Positions 1-11,400 of a stretch of DNA of 41,482 nt are shown piece after piece; position 1 is the stretch's first letter; every line of letters starts with the position of its first letter. The position numbers were made by a program, and so were the translations under genes. The notes below the pieces were generated by a model. The model made no database searches, had not been told where the DNA came from, and was given only the letters and a program-made list of their open reading frames with translations. The stretch is taken from IMG/VR virus record IMGVR_UViG_3300030095_001216, positions 1 through 41,482 of that record; one strand, 5' to 3'. The stretch is from a virus. Its lineage: Duplodnaviria; Caudoviricetes.

Positions 1-13
1 TAAGGAGTATTGA

Positions 14-529
14 GTGGTATCACAACTTAAAGTAAATGAGATTATAAAGCAGTCTGGCTCATCAATTACGATTGGTGAGAGTGGAGATACTGTATCTGGA
101 CCTTTTACTATGGTTCCAGCTTTTTATGCTACGCAAGAATCAGCACAAAGTATATCAAGTGGATCAGTCACTGTAATATCATTTGATACTGCCTCACTTG
201 ATACCAATAGTTGCTATAGCACTTCTACTTATAGATTTACTCCAAATGTTTCAGGGTTTTATTGCGTTTTTATGCACTCTGCTTTTGATTCAAGCACAGA
301 TTTTGATGGTGTGGAAATGCAAATGTATAAAAATAATTCCACGCAGATTGCTGCAGGTATAGTTAGAAATGAAAGCAAAGACAATATTTCTCTTTCTGTC
401 ATAGTGCAATTAAATGGATCTTCAGATTATGTTGATGCTAGAGCTTATCAAAATTCTGGAGGAGCAATAGAACTAAGACGAACAGGTGGTCAAACAGTTT
501 TTGGTGGATACAGGATAATAGGAACATAG
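14..529 (+). CDS. C1q/TNF-like beta-sandwich tail or virion-associated protein
   Basis: GTG start after TAAGGAG; MVSQLKVNEI N-terminus; PAF..DT..YRFTP..G.Y..V.LNGSSDYV pattern typical of C1q-like phage tail proteins; paralogous to the next gene. Confidence 0.7.
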   Translation: MVSQLKVNEIIKQSGSSITIGESGDTVSGPFTMVPAFYATQESAQSISSGSVTVISFDTASLDTNSCYSTSTYRFTPNVSGFYCVFMHSAFDSSTDFDGVEMQMYKNNSTQIAAGIVRNESKDNISLSVIVQLNGSSDYVDARAYQNSGGAIELRRTGGQTVFGGYRIIGT

Positions 530-1054
530 ATGACCAGTAAGCTTAAAGTAAATATACTCGCTGACGGTGGGGATAATGCGATTATGACCTCTAATGGGTC
601 AGGCACATTAACACTGAATAATGCTGCGTTGAAAAATACTCCTGCCTTTCAAGCTAGTTTAAGTTCAAGTGTGTCATTGAGTGATAATACTCAGACTAAA
701 ATGCAAGCGGATACAGAGAATTTAGACACTGATAACTGTTATGACAATTCAACTAATTACAGATTTACCCCAACTATTGCTGGCAAATATTTTTGTTATG
801 GACAAGTAAATATACAAGGCGGAACTATCAATACAATCGCACAAATTTATTTAAGAAAAAATGGTAGTACAGTAAAAATGTCAATTGATAGATATGCTGG
901 AGACGGTGACATTATCGCACAAGTGCAAGCCATTATAGAATTTAATGGGAGCAGTGATTATTTTGAGGCATTTGTAAGACAAAACACAGGAGGCGCAAAA
1001 AATATGTTTGATACAAATAGTTTTTTTGGAGCATATAGGTTAGTAGGAGCGTAA
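530..1054 (+). CDS. C1q-like tail protein, paralog of 14..529
   Basis: MTSKLKVN start; PAFQA..LDTDNCYDNSTNYRFTPTIAGKY..FNGSSDYFE aligns by eye with the upstream ORF. Confidence 0.7.
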   Translation: MTSKLKVNILADGGDNAIMTSNGSGTLTLNNAALKNTPAFQASLSSSVSLSDNTQTKMQADTENLDTDNCYDNSTNYRFTPTIAGKYFCYGQVNIQGGTINTIAQIYLRKNGSTVKMSIDRYAGDGDIIAQVQAIIEFNGSSDYFEAFVRQNTGGAKNMFDTNSFFGAYRLVGA

Positions 1055-1055
1055 C

Positions 1056-2186
1056 ATGGCACTGAACACTTTACCCAATGCAGGATTAACGAATAGAGGT
1101 TACCCAAGCGATAGAATCGTAACTCCTATTATCATCAACGGAGATATGTCCGTGGCTCAGAGAGCTACAAGTGTTACAGGAGTTACAAGTGGTACATATA
1201 AAACTGTGGATAGATTTAGATTAATGATTAGTAGTGCAGGAACTTGGACTGTTTCACAAAGCACCACCGTTCCAACAGGGCAAGGTTTTAACAATTCATT
1301 TAAATACGATTGCACAACTGCAGACGCTTCTCTTGGTTCAGGTGACATATTAGGATTAAGCCAAAAAATAGAAGGATTTAATCAGGCTGCAGTAAAAAAA
1401 GGCACCGCTAATGCTGAAAAAACAACTTTAGCATTTTGGGTTCGCTCTAATAAAACAGGCACTTATATATGTGAATTATATGATGACCAAAATACAAGAC
1501 AAGTTTCAAAAAGCTATACAATAGACTCTGCAGACACATGGGAAAAAAAGGTAATAGTTTTTCCTGCTGACACTGTAGGCGCAAATGATTTCGATAATAC
1601 TCAAGCTATGCAAGTTAATTGGTGGTTAGCTATGGGTTCAGATTATACATCAGGAACATTAAGTGAAACATGGACAGCAGCAACATCTGCTAACAGAGCA
1701 GTAGGTCAAGTAAACTTAGCTGATAGCACATCTAACGAATGGTATGTTACAGGAGTACAACTAGAAGTTGGTGAGTTTGATTCTACATCCATACCTAGTT
1801 TTCCTTTTGAGAGTTATGCGAATAATTTAAGTAAGTGTCAGAGGTATTATCTTCACTATCTTTCTGGTAACAATAAATTAGTAGGGTCAGGAATAGCTTA
1901 TTCAAGTAATCAAGCAAATGTACCAATTCATTTTCCAACTACCATGAGAACAAGTCCTAGTTTAGATGCTGATACAGGAACAGCTTATTATAGGGTGTTA
2001 GGTTCAAATAGTTCAGGAAATGGTTATGTTGATGATTTTAATGCTTTTGTAATAGATAGAGCACATGAAAATGCAACAGGACTATTTATAAATACAAGTG
2101 ATGGTTTTTCAGGAACAGGAGGCGGAGGTTTTTATATGATAACAGAAAACTCTTCGGCAAGTATTGCTTTTGATGCAGAATTATAG
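1056..2186 (+). CDS. Tail fibre / carbohydrate-binding virion protein
   Basis: IIINGDMSVAQR..DRF N-terminal motif and VTGVQLEVG..FESY..L.KCQRYY C-terminal motif, common in marine phage tail proteins. Confidence 0.7.
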   Translation: MALNTLPNAGLTNRGYPSDRIVTPIIINGDMSVAQRATSVTGVTSGTYKTVDRFRLMISSAGTWTVSQSTTVPTGQGFNNSFKYDCTTADASLGSGDILGLSQKIEGFNQAAVKKGTANAEKTTLAFWVRSNKTGTYICELYDDQNTRQVSKSYTIDSADTWEKKVIVFPADTVGANDFDNTQAMQVNWWLAMGSDYTSGTLSETWTAATSANRAVGQVNLADSTSNEWYVTGVQLEVGEFDSTSIPSFPFESYANNLSKCQRYYLHYLSGNNKLVGSGIAYSSNQANVPIHFPTTMRTSPSLDADTGTAYYRVLGSNSSGNGYVDDFNAFVIDRAHENATGLFINTSDGFSGTGGGGFYMITENSSASIAFDAEL

Positions 2187-2194
2187 GAGAAAAA

Positions 2195-2389
2195 ATGTTT
2201 GATAATTGTACAATAGAATATGTATATAATATAGAAAATAAAAAATGTTGTATTAAAATTACTTATCCTGCTGATAGTAATGGAAAAGTTAAAATAATTG
2301 GTGTGCCTTTAAACAATGAAAACAGACACTATCAAGAGATCCTTGAGTGGGTTGCAGCAGGTAATACAATAACCGACCCAGGAGCGTAA
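2195..2389 (+). CDS. Small tail-associated protein
   Basis: AGGAG RBS; VP...NRHYQEILEWVAAGNTI motif often seen after such tail genes. Confidence 0.6.
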   Translation: MFDNCTIEYVYNIENKKCCIKITYPADSNGKVKIIGVPLNNENRHYQEILEWVAAGNTITDPGA

Positions 2390-2391
2390 CC

Positions 2392-2592
2392 ATGAAAATA
2401 GATCTTAAATTAGTAGCACCATATGTAGTAATGGCTTTTGGTATAGCTATGACATGGGGTATGTGGAGTGAGCGTTTAGACGCAGTAGAAAGAAAAGCAG
2501 ATACAATAGTTGAGATGCAGAAAGACATTGCCATTATCAAAGAGAAGATAATGTGGATGGAGAATTTTTTAGCAACAACACCTAACAGGTAA
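2392..2592 (+). CDS. Small membrane protein (one TM plus coiled coil)
   Basis: GGAG RBS; hydrophobic N-terminus followed by a heptad-like segment. Confidence 0.6.
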   Translation: MKIDLKLVAPYVVMAFGIAMTWGMWSERLDAVERKADTIVEMQKDIAIIKEKIMWMENFLATTPNR

Positions 2593-2609
2593 GGAAGGGG
2601 GCACGGCAA

Positions 2610-4463
2610 ATGCCATTAGTACAATTAACAGCGCCTCCAGGAGTTATCACAGACATAACAGATTATCAGGCGCAGATGCGCTACACGAACGCAGACAAGG
2701 TGCGTTTCTTTCAAGGGTATGCAGAGAAGATAGGCGGCTGGACCAAGAGGTTTAGTTCAGCACAACTCAATGGAGTATGCCGAAAAATATTTCCACACAG
2801 AGATACAGATGGTAGTAAGTTTATATTTATGGGAACATCTACTCACTTCTTTGTTGAGTATGGTGGTCAAGTATATGACATCACGCCATTCAGAACAGAC
2901 CCAGTAAATTTAACTAACCCGTATACTACAGGCGGAGCAGGTACTAATGTTGTTACAGTTACACACAGTAATCATGGTCTAGCTAATACCAGCCCAGGTT
3001 CTCGTGTTGTTATACAATCAGCAGTTACATTTGATGGTGTTACAATTGCAGCACAAGAGTACATAGCTACTTATGTTAATGCTAATCAGTATACTATTGT
3101 AGCTTCTTCAGGCACAGCCACGTCTGGAAGTCAAACAGGTGGAGGCTCTATAACACTTAGATACTTAACTAACAACGGACCAGATGATGGTCTGACAGGT
3201 TACGGTTTTGGTGCTGGTGTATGGGGAGCTTCTTCATGGGGCACAGCCCGTTCTGCTTCTGGTGTTGTATTGTCACCTAGAGTTTGGTCTATGGACGCAT
3301 TCGGTGAAGACATTGTAGCTTCTGTAGGTGGTGGCGAAGATACAATATATTATTTTGATGTCAGTGCTTTTGTAGCAGCTCCTACTACTTATAGGGGAAC
3401 GACACTAGCTTACTATGTAACAAATACTTTAAGTGGTGATGCATCACAAATACCAACTAAGGTTGGACAAGTGTTAGTATCTACACCAGATAGACACTTA
3501 GTAATATTTGGCGCTAACCCACAAGGCTCTACAACTTATGATAGAATGACAATAAGATTTTCTGATCAAGAAAGTTTAAGTACATGGAATGCCCAGATAA
3601 CAAATACAGCTGGTGAACAAAGACTAGGTACAGGTACTAATATAGAAGCAGTAGAAAAAGGACGTGGTCAAATATTTGTTTGGACAGATGCGGACGTATA
3701 TTCTATGCAGTTCATTGGTCCACCTTTTACATTCTCATTCTCTGTGCTAGGAGAAATATCTGGTACTATATCTAAGAACGCGGCTACTACAATCGAAGGT
3801 GCCTCATTCTGGATGGGTGTGGATAACTTCTATATGTATGATGGTGCAGTTAGAACTCTACCATGTCCTGTATTACAACATGTGTTTGATGACTTCAATC
3901 AAGTACAAAGAGAAAAAGTTTTTGCTGGACAGAACATTAAGTTTAATGAGATATGGTGGTTCTATCCATCAGCGGATTCAGATGATATTGATAAGTATGT
4001 AATATATAATTACATAGATAACAACTGGTCTATTGGTACACTAGACAGAACAGCATGGGTAGATTCTAATGTCTTTGCTAATCCTTTGACTACAGATAAA
4101 ACTGGTTTACAATTTAATCAAGAAGTAGGAACAGATAATGCGGGCAGTGCTATCAATGCATTTGTAGAAACAGGTTTCTTTAATGGTGATGCTAATGGAG
4201 ATAGTCTTTATTTTGTAAATAGAGTTATCCCTGATGTTACATATAGTGCAGGTTCTAATATAAAGTTTACTTTAAAATCTAAAGTATACCCACAAGATTC
4301 TGAAATAACTAAAGGACCTTTTACAATATCAAGCACAGATCAAAGACTAGATATGAGAGCTAGAGGCAGATCATTCCAAGCTAGGTACGAATCAGATGCC
4401 ACAGGTGTATCGTGGAGATTAGGAACATGGCGTGCTGAAGGCAGAACAGACGGGGCTAGATAA
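2610..4463 (+). CDS. Podovirus tail tubular/hub protein (P22 gp10-like DNA stabilization protein)
   Basis: 617 aa, beta-rich; NADKVRF..EKIGGW, IRFSDQE, NEIWWFYPS and WRLG motifs; lies just before the ejection genes. Confidence 0.7.
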   Translation: MPLVQLTAPPGVITDITDYQAQMRYTNADKVRFFQGYAEKIGGWTKRFSSAQLNGVCRKIFPHRDTDGSKFIFMGTSTHFFVEYGGQVYDITPFRTDPVNLTNPYTTGGAGTNVVTVTHSNHGLANTSPGSRVVIQSAVTFDGVTIAAQEYIATYVNANQYTIVASSGTATSGSQTGGGSITLRYLTNNGPDDGLTGYGFGAGVWGASSWGTARSASGVVLSPRVWSMDAFGEDIVASVGGGEDTIYYFDVSAFVAAPTTYRGTTLAYYVTNTLSGDASQIPTKVGQVLVSTPDRHLVIFGANPQGSTTYDRMTIRFSDQESLSTWNAQITNTAGEQRLGTGTNIEAVEKGRGQIFVWTDADVYSMQFIGPPFTFSFSVLGEISGTISKNAATTIEGASFWMGVDNFYMYDGAVRTLPCPVLQHVFDDFNQVQREKVFAGQNIKFNEIWWFYPSADSDDIDKYVIYNYIDNNWSIGTLDRTAWVDSNVFANPLTTDKTGLQFNQEVGTDNAGSAINAFVETGFFNGDANGDSLYFVNRVIPDVTYSAGSNIKFTLKSKVYPQDSEITKGPFTISSTDQRLDMRARGRSFQARYESDATGVSWRLGTWRAEGRTDGAR

Positions 4464-4651
4464 TGTCAATCTATAGTAGACCAGCATATCCAGAACCTTC
4501 TTATAAAGAACGAGCCGAAGGTAAGATAGATGTTAGAACGTTTGATACATTAGTACAAGTTTTAAAGTTAAAAGATTTTGCAGAAGAAAGTCCACCTGTT
4601 AAGATAGCAGATCAAACAGAGCAGACTTCTATGAATTGGTTTATGAGTTAA
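4463..4651 (+). CDS. Small virion protein
   Basis: TAATG coupling at both ends; ends in NWFMS. Confidence 0.6.
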   Translation: MSIYSRPAYPEPSYKERAEGKIDVRTFDTLVQVLKLKDFAEESPPVKIADQTEQTSMNWFMS

Positions 4652-4992
4652 TGGCTATAGAATACAAAAGTAAAAAAGTAGATTTAACTACTACAAATAA
4701 TACAGTAATATATACATGCCCAGCTGCAACCAAGACTATAATTAAATCTATATTAATATCAGATGATTCAGGTTCTGGTGACACAGCAACCTTAACTCTT
4801 ACTGACTCTGGTTCTAATATATTTAGACTAAAGAAAGAAGCTGTGGCTGGAGATGCTACAGATGAGATATTAATTAACCCGTTAGTCATGGAAGCTTCAG
4901 AGATATTAAAAGCTCAGGCTGTGACAGCAGGAAGGCTACATGTGATAGTAAGTTTAATGGAGGTAACGAGTGATACAAATAACCCGCTTTAA
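4651..4992 (+). CDS. Small beta-sandwich virion protein
   Basis: Start revised to ATG 4651 (TAATG overlap); YTCPAATKTIIKSI..PLVMEASEILK..S.ME pattern. Confidence 0.65.
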   Translation: MAIEYKSKKVDLTTTNNTVIYTCPAATKTIIKSILISDDSGSGDTATLTLTDSGSNIFRLKKEAVAGDATDEILINPLVMEASEILKAQAVTAGRLHVIVSLMEVTSDTNNPL

Positions 4993-5009
4993 TTTTGCCC
5001 GTGCCCCCC

Positions 5010-5038
5010 TTGTAAGTAAGACGCAAAGAAGGTATAAT
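5010..5038 (+). promoter_or_regulatory. Sigma70-type promoter for the ejection-protein operon (probably leaderless)
   Basis: TTGTAA-17 nt-TATAAT; ATG follows after a 6-nt spacer; GTGCCCCCC abuts the -35. Confidence 0.65.
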
Positions 5039-5044
5039 ATTTAA

Positions 5045-6352
5045 ATGCAATATGCAGGACCTCTCAATACAGGTGATATGGCTGTGCGCAGAAATGAAGT
5101 AGCGCCAGGTGTTGCCGCATTATTACAGAAACAATCAAGAAATCCAGGCAGTGGTATATATGAATTACCTACAGCCAAGCCAGAGAATCCAGATTTTTAT
5201 AACATGTCACTAGACAACGTACAAGCTCAACTAAGAAATGCCGCAAAAACTATTAACACATTAGCACCAGAAGGTGAATCTCTTGCATACATTAATCCCG
5301 AAGAAGCAGGCATACTTAAACTACTAGGTGGTGCAGGTGAACCAGATCCTGTTACAGGAATACCTTCATTTTACATTTCAAATTTTAAAGGAGGCAAGCC
5401 TGACAAACCTATAGGGCAAGCACAGAGAAATAGAGAAGCTGCAGCAGATAGAGTTTCAAAAACAAAAGAGATGTTTGCTAATAATAGAGGAGGCAGAGAT
5501 GATAAGCCAGAACCTGTGGGTCCTTCAGAAACTTACGGCGGATCACAAGACCCAAATCAATTTGATTATGTGCCTATGGTTGCTGGTGGTATTGGTGAAA
5601 AAGAATTTGATAAAGATACTCCTTTAGACCAAAAGTTTGCACAACAAGCTTTGATAAATGCCTACGTAGGCAACACTGCTAATCTAATGGATAAAGATTC
5701 AGACGGCAAATATAGATTTGACAAAGCAGGCACGTCACAAGCAGGACTAGATGCTCTTCAAGGTTTAGAAGCTTTACGTGGGCAAGCTAACAATACTTTA
5801 TTTAGCAGTGACTTTAGTAAAATGTTTAATGAAGCGTTAAAAAGTGAAGGCATGGTTAAAAAAGGAATCTTTGGAGATTACCAAACTGATGATGGAAAGA
5901 TGTTAGCACAAGCACTTGGTGGTGGGTCTTCTGGTATAGGAAATTTATTTTCAAACATAGGCTTAACAGGATTGTTAAATAACTTATTCAATACAGATGA
6001 TTTAACATTGGAAGAAAGATTACGTAGACAAAAGATGGTCAAGGATGCTATGGACAGACAGAATAAAAGAGGCGGTGAAAGTGGTCAGGGTAAACCTACT
6101 ACATCTGATAACGAACTTATTGCTGAAGACGAAGAAGAAGAAGAAGAGTTTCCATATTTTAGTTATAAAAGAAAATTTAATATGCCACTAACTCTTGAGT
6201 CTTTAAAGAAAAGATTTCAGACAGGAGATACTGAACGTCAAAATATGTTAGAAGATTTGCCTGATGCATTAGCCAGAGCTGAAAAAGAAAGGGAAGAAAA
6301 AGATAGATTTCCTATAGAAATATTACCAGTATTATTTGGGGGCAACGCATAA
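5045..6352 (+). CDS. Putative internal virion/ejection protein
   Basis: LAYINPEEAGILKLLGGAG..TGIPSF motif; low complexity; position in the gene order. Confidence 0.55.
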   Translation: MQYAGPLNTGDMAVRRNEVAPGVAALLQKQSRNPGSGIYELPTAKPENPDFYNMSLDNVQAQLRNAAKTINTLAPEGESLAYINPEEAGILKLLGGAGEPDPVTGIPSFYISNFKGGKPDKPIGQAQRNREAAADRVSKTKEMFANNRGGRDDKPEPVGPSETYGGSQDPNQFDYVPMVAGGIGEKEFDKDTPLDQKFAQQALINAYVGNTANLMDKDSDGKYRFDKAGTSQAGLDALQGLEALRGQANNTLFSSDFSKMFNEALKSEGMVKKGIFGDYQTDDGKMLAQALGGGSSGIGNLFSNIGLTGLLNNLFNTDDLTLEERLRRQKMVKDAMDRQNKRGGESGQGKPTTSDNELIAEDEEEEEEFPYFSYKRKFNMPLTLESLKKRFQTGDTERQNMLEDLPDALARAEKEREEKDRFPIEILPVLFGGNA

Positions 6353-7248
6353 TGTTAGATTTTTTATTTGGAAGTAAACAAGCACAACAAACTTCTACAA
6401 GTCAAGTACAACTTCCTGATTACATGGAAAAAGCTGCTTCATCTTTAGTAGCAACTGCAGGTGATGTAGCAAAAGAAAATTTTATACCATACACAGGACC
6501 TAGACTTGCGGGCTTCTCTAACCTAGAACAACAGGCTATGAATCAAGCTCAGCAAGGAGCTGGTGTTGGTGGTCTCAGAGGGGCACAGGCATACACAGCT
6601 ACGACAGCCGCGGGAATGCCAGCTGCAACTGACATCTCAACATATATGAATCCATATATGACAAACGTGGCAGATGTTGCTGCTAGAGAATTAACCCGAA
6701 GATCTGAAATGCAACAAGTTGCTAACCAAGCACAGGCTACACAAGCAGGCGCATTTGGTAGTTCAAGAGCGGACATAGTAGAGGCAGAACGCCAAAGAAA
6801 TTTACAACAAGGGCTTGGTGATATTTATACACAAGCACAAGGCAGAGCTTTTGACACAGCACTAAAAGCTGCACAACAAGATAGAAAAACACAACTAGCT
6901 TCTGGGCTAGGTATGGCACAAACTGCAGCAGCAGCTGATACATTAGAAGCATCGGATATTAATAGGCAGTTAGGTATAGGAGGATTGCAAAGAGGCATGG
7001 ATCAATCAGTATTAGATTTAGGTTACCAACAATTTGTACAAGAAAGAGATTACCCGAAAGCGCAACTTGGATTTTACTCAGACATTTTAAGAGGCGTGCC
7101 TACAGGATCAATGACTACTACAACAGGACCAGCTCCACAACAACCTAGTTTGTTTGGGCAGATAGCTGGTGCAGGTATAGGTGCATTGGGAGCAGCAGGT
7201 AACTTAGGATTAACATGGGGTGACATAACAGGATTTGTAAATAGATAA
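6352..7248 (+). CDS. DNA ejection/pilot protein (P22 gp7-like)
   Basis: Ala/Gln-rich; YMNPY, AGAFGSSR and a Gly-rich hydrophobic C-terminus. Confidence 0.65.
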   Translation: MLDFLFGSKQAQQTSTSQVQLPDYMEKAASSLVATAGDVAKENFIPYTGPRLAGFSNLEQQAMNQAQQGAGVGGLRGAQAYTATTAAGMPAATDISTYMNPYMTNVADVAARELTRRSEMQQVANQAQATQAGAFGSSRADIVEAERQRNLQQGLGDIYTQAQGRAFDTALKAAQQDRKTQLASGLGMAQTAAAADTLEASDINRQLGIGGLQRGMDQSVLDLGYQQFVQERDYPKAQLGFYSDILRGVPTGSMTTTTGPAPQQPSLFGQIAGAGIGALGAAGNLGLTWGDITGFVNR

Positions 7249-8432
7249 TGGCAGCACTAGAAAAACAAGATGACGGTTCAACAATTATTAATCTAACAGA
7301 TGATTACAATTTACCTGATGAATTTTTAAAACAAATAGGTTTGCTTAAAAGTTCTCCTGGTGGAGAGCTAGAAAATATGGGAATGCCTATGTTTATTTTT
7401 CCTAAAGACACAAACCGTATAGAAGACTTAGATCCTTCTCGTTTAATTTCAGAGCCTGAGCTTAAAGATAATTTATTCGCAAAGATAATGGGAGGTGCTT
7501 TAGATAAAACTGAAAGTGTAAAAGATTATATATCTGGTAAACTACAGGAAGCCAAGGATAGAAAAGAAAGTGAACTTACTGACGGAGCTCCCCCAGGTAA
7601 AGAGGTTAAACTAAGCAACATGGATGCAGTAAGACAGATACTTAAAGAAGCTGCACAGGATAAAGGTCCAGCAGGTCCAGGTGGAGAACCTAGAAATAAA
7701 TTTGGAATACGAGATATATTAGGTTTTGAAAAATCAGGGAAAGATTATTCAGGAACATATGACTCCCCATTAGGTCCAATAACAATCGGAGACGATAAAT
7801 CTGATAAAGAAACAGTTAAAGAAACTAAACCTAACGCCCCAGGAGGTAAGGGAGGCAGCACAGAAGAAAAACTTAATGACTTTGAAATTGAATTAAAAGA
7901 TAAACCAGAGCCTCCTTCTAAAGTTAAAATGCTTTTAAATAAGATGATGGAAAAAGATGATTTCCTAATGGACTTGGGTTTAAGATTAATGCAAGGTGAA
8001 GGTTTATTCCCTGGTGCTATTAAAGCAGCTAAGACTCAAAAGAAAGCAGATCAAACAGAAGCTTCAACTGCGTTAGCTAACTTAATAACTGAGGCGACTA
8101 TAAAAGAAAAACTATCTGGCACTAAAGAAGAACGTAATGCTGCTAAGTATGCTTCACTATTTTCATCTGATCCAAAGTCTGACGCATATTTGTCTGCCTA
8201 CAAAAAGTATTTTGAGATGGATTTAAACGATAAAAATAGTAAGGCAGACCTAAGTGATTTAAGTAATCTTATGATCGCGAGTGCTATTAGTCAAAATGGT
8301 GATATAGATAAAGATATGATACAAAGATTGGTAAATCAATCTATGGGTATAGTAGATTCACCATTAGGTAATATAAATGTTGGAGATCAAAGCGGTCAAA
8401 ATATACAAAAAGAATATATAACCGCCAGTTAA
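7248..8432 (+). CDS. Putative ejection protein
   Basis: Coupled (TAATG) to the pilot protein and followed by the giant protein; no recognisable motif. Confidence 0.5.
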   Translation: MAALEKQDDGSTIINLTDDYNLPDEFLKQIGLLKSSPGGELENMGMPMFIFPKDTNRIEDLDPSRLISEPELKDNLFAKIMGGALDKTESVKDYISGKLQEAKDRKESELTDGAPPGKEVKLSNMDAVRQILKEAAQDKGPAGPGGEPRNKFGIRDILGFEKSGKDYSGTYDSPLGPITIGDDKSDKETVKETKPNAPGGKGGSTEEKLNDFEIELKDKPEPPSKVKMLLNKMMEKDDFLMDLGLRLMQGEGLFPGAIKAAKTQKKADQTEASTALANLITEATIKEKLSGTKEERNAAKYASLFSSDPKSDAYLSAYKKYFEMDLNDKNSKADLSDLSNLMIASAISQNGDIDKDMIQRLVNQSMGIVDSPLGNINVGDQSGQNIQKEYITAS

Positions 8433-8477
8433 TTAAAGAGGCGTAAGCTTTTTGAATACACACTAGTGTAAATAAGT

Positions 8478-11400
8478 ATGGTAGACATAAACGAATTAAG
8501 ATCTATAGTAGATCAATACAAAACAGCAGATGAGCTTGGTCCAACTAGTTCATTTGAATCTTCTCAAGCCCCAGAAGACCAATTTACATATCATCAAATA
8601 TCAGAAGATCCTTCTGCTCCAATAATAAGAATACCTAAAAGTTTTACACAAGAGCAACGAGAATCTTATCTACAATCTCCCAAGTTATCAGCAGAATTAT
8701 TTTCTAAAGGATTTCTATATCAACCTGGTGTAGACAAAAACGTACGTGCTCCTGCCATAAAAGTAGAAGCTCCTACTATGGATGATAGGGGAGACTTTAT
8801 GCGTAATGTAGAGTCTGCCATGAGTATATATCCAACAATAGTGCAATCAGCTAAAAATATTTTTGGTGATATTTTTAATAATGAAGAGATGATGGAGAAT
8901 AGCCAGAGAGCTATTAATTTATATCAGCAACAAACTGCAGCTAAAAGATTTTTTACAACAGAAGAGGGTGAAGTAAAACCTTATGGGCAAACACTTGAAG
9001 AAATATTTCAAGACGAAGATAAATTATCTGCCTTTATAGATTGGGGTCAAGGGGCACTCGGAAACGCAGTAGTTAGTTGGTTACCTATGATTGTGTTAGG
9101 AGGGGTTGCAGGGTTGGCAGGAGGAGTACCTCTTGCTATAGGTTCTTTAGGTTTTGCAGGCTTCTCATATGGTATAGGTGAAATAAGACCAGCTCAATTA
9201 GAAAATATGGACGACCCTAATACAGCAAATACTCTATTAGGAGCAACTGTCTATGGTACAGCTGAAGCAGTTCTAGGTGGTCCAGGTAGAATACTTAGAA
9301 AAGTATTAACGAAAAAATATGGTAAAGAAACTGCTGATAGCATATTAAAAAGATTTGGAAAAGGCGCAGCAGAAGCTGCACCAGCTGAAGGTTTGACAGA
9401 GGTCATACAAGAAACTGTAACACAAGCTGTTCCTGAATGGGATAAAGCAAATACTGTAGGTGAGGCTATTGATTTAACTAAACAAAAATTATCTGATCCT
9501 GAAGTTCAAAAACAAATAAGAGAAGCTGGATACCAAGGAACATTTGCTGGTGGTGTTTTAGGTGGTGGTACTAACGTAGTTTTAGGAAATAGAAATAGAG
9601 ACGCGTATGAAGCACATAAGAAAAACTTTAAAGCTCAAATAGATTTAGGAGAGATAAGTAATAAAGATCCAGACATACAAGACTTCCAAGGTAAAACAGT
9701 AACAGTAAAAGATATTAGCATTATGCGAGATGCTGATGATAATATTATAAAAGACAAAACAGATAGAGCTGTCGAGCCTACATACACTGTAGTTGGAACA
9801 AAGACAATAGATGGTGAAAAACACGCTGTCTTATTATCTACAAGAGGCGGTGTAAAAAATCCTGTACACATCGTACCTATGAAAGATGTTCCTAATGTAT
9901 TAAATGAATACGCTGAACCTGTTGAAGTTGCTAAGTCAGAAGAAATTAAAGTCGAAGAAGATGCCCCGCAAGTAGGTGATGTGTATCTAGATAGAAGGGG
10001 AGATCCAGTAGTAGTAAAAAGTGTAAGTGAAGAAAATGGAGTATTGTATGATGAAGCTACTCTTGTCAACCCTGTTACAGGTGAACCTCAATTTAAGCAG
10101 GGTATGTCACAGTATAATGATTTTATAAAAACATTTAAGAAACAAGATCCTAAAAAAGTAAAATCAAAAAAAGTAACTTTTGGATCTCCAGAACAAATAG
10201 CTAACCTTGAAAAAGAAATAAAAAATATTAATAATTTAATTGCCAAAGAAAAAGATCCAGCAGCTAAATTAATTTTACAAGAAAATCGCCTTGAGTTAAG
10301 GAGAGAACTACAAAGATTAAAACAAACACAGTACACAACTGAAACTACAATAGATGAAACAAATAAAACTGCAGAAGAAGTTCAAGAGTACGTAAAGCAT
10401 AATACTAACACAGTCAAAGCTGCAAAGAAAAGATTAACTGAGCGCGGATTTAAAGATGTTAAAAAACTTACAGATGATGACGCAGTAGTACTAGCTGAAG
10501 ATAATTTAAATGAAATTAGTGGGAAAGAAAGAGAAGAGCTAACTAAGCTAGGTTATTTTAATGGGCAAAATGGCGAAGCCAAGATACAAAGTTTAGAAGA
10601 AGATATTAAACTAACCGACACTAAAGATAAAACTCGTGGCAGAGCTGAGATAGAAAGAATAATAAAAGATAAGATATCTTTTGAACCTATGAAGGTTACA
10701 CAGAATGTGCAAGTAGGTGAAACCCGCGTGCCCCCTCTGACTAAAGAACAATTAAAACAACAAGGTTACAGTGTAAAAGATTTTGATTATAAAGCAACAG
10801 ACTTTGAAAGAGATATTAGAGCTATAGATTTAGAACTAAGACAAGCACAAACACCAGAACAAATAAATGCCATCAATGAAAGAAAGAGATATCTGCGCTC
10901 TTTATATAGAATAGCTACTCAACCAATTGATTTAAGATATCAAGAGTTAATAAGAGCTATACAAAATAGACCTTTAAACTATATAAATAAACAACTACTA
11001 GATGGTAGCTTTTTTAATACACAACAATTGCCTTCTTTGTTAAGAGGATTAGAGCAACAAATAGAGATTACACAAAACAGAACTAACATATCTCCTGAAG
11101 ATAAGTCACAAGCTCTTAGTTATTTTAACGAACAATTAGAATCTTTAAAACAGTTTAAATCTGATATGGATACTTTACAACTAAGCTTAGGAGTAGATGA
11201 AGTAATACCTTTAGACGAATATCTAACACTTTCTAGGTCTACCAAGGGTATAAGTAAAATAGTAAAAGATATTAAAGGAACTATCCAAAAGAAATATGAA
11301 AAAGAAACAACTGCTTTTTGGTCTGCTAAGAATAATAACCCTAGATTACAAGTTGAATTTATAGAGGATTTACCTGCTATAGAACAAAAGCTTAAAACAG

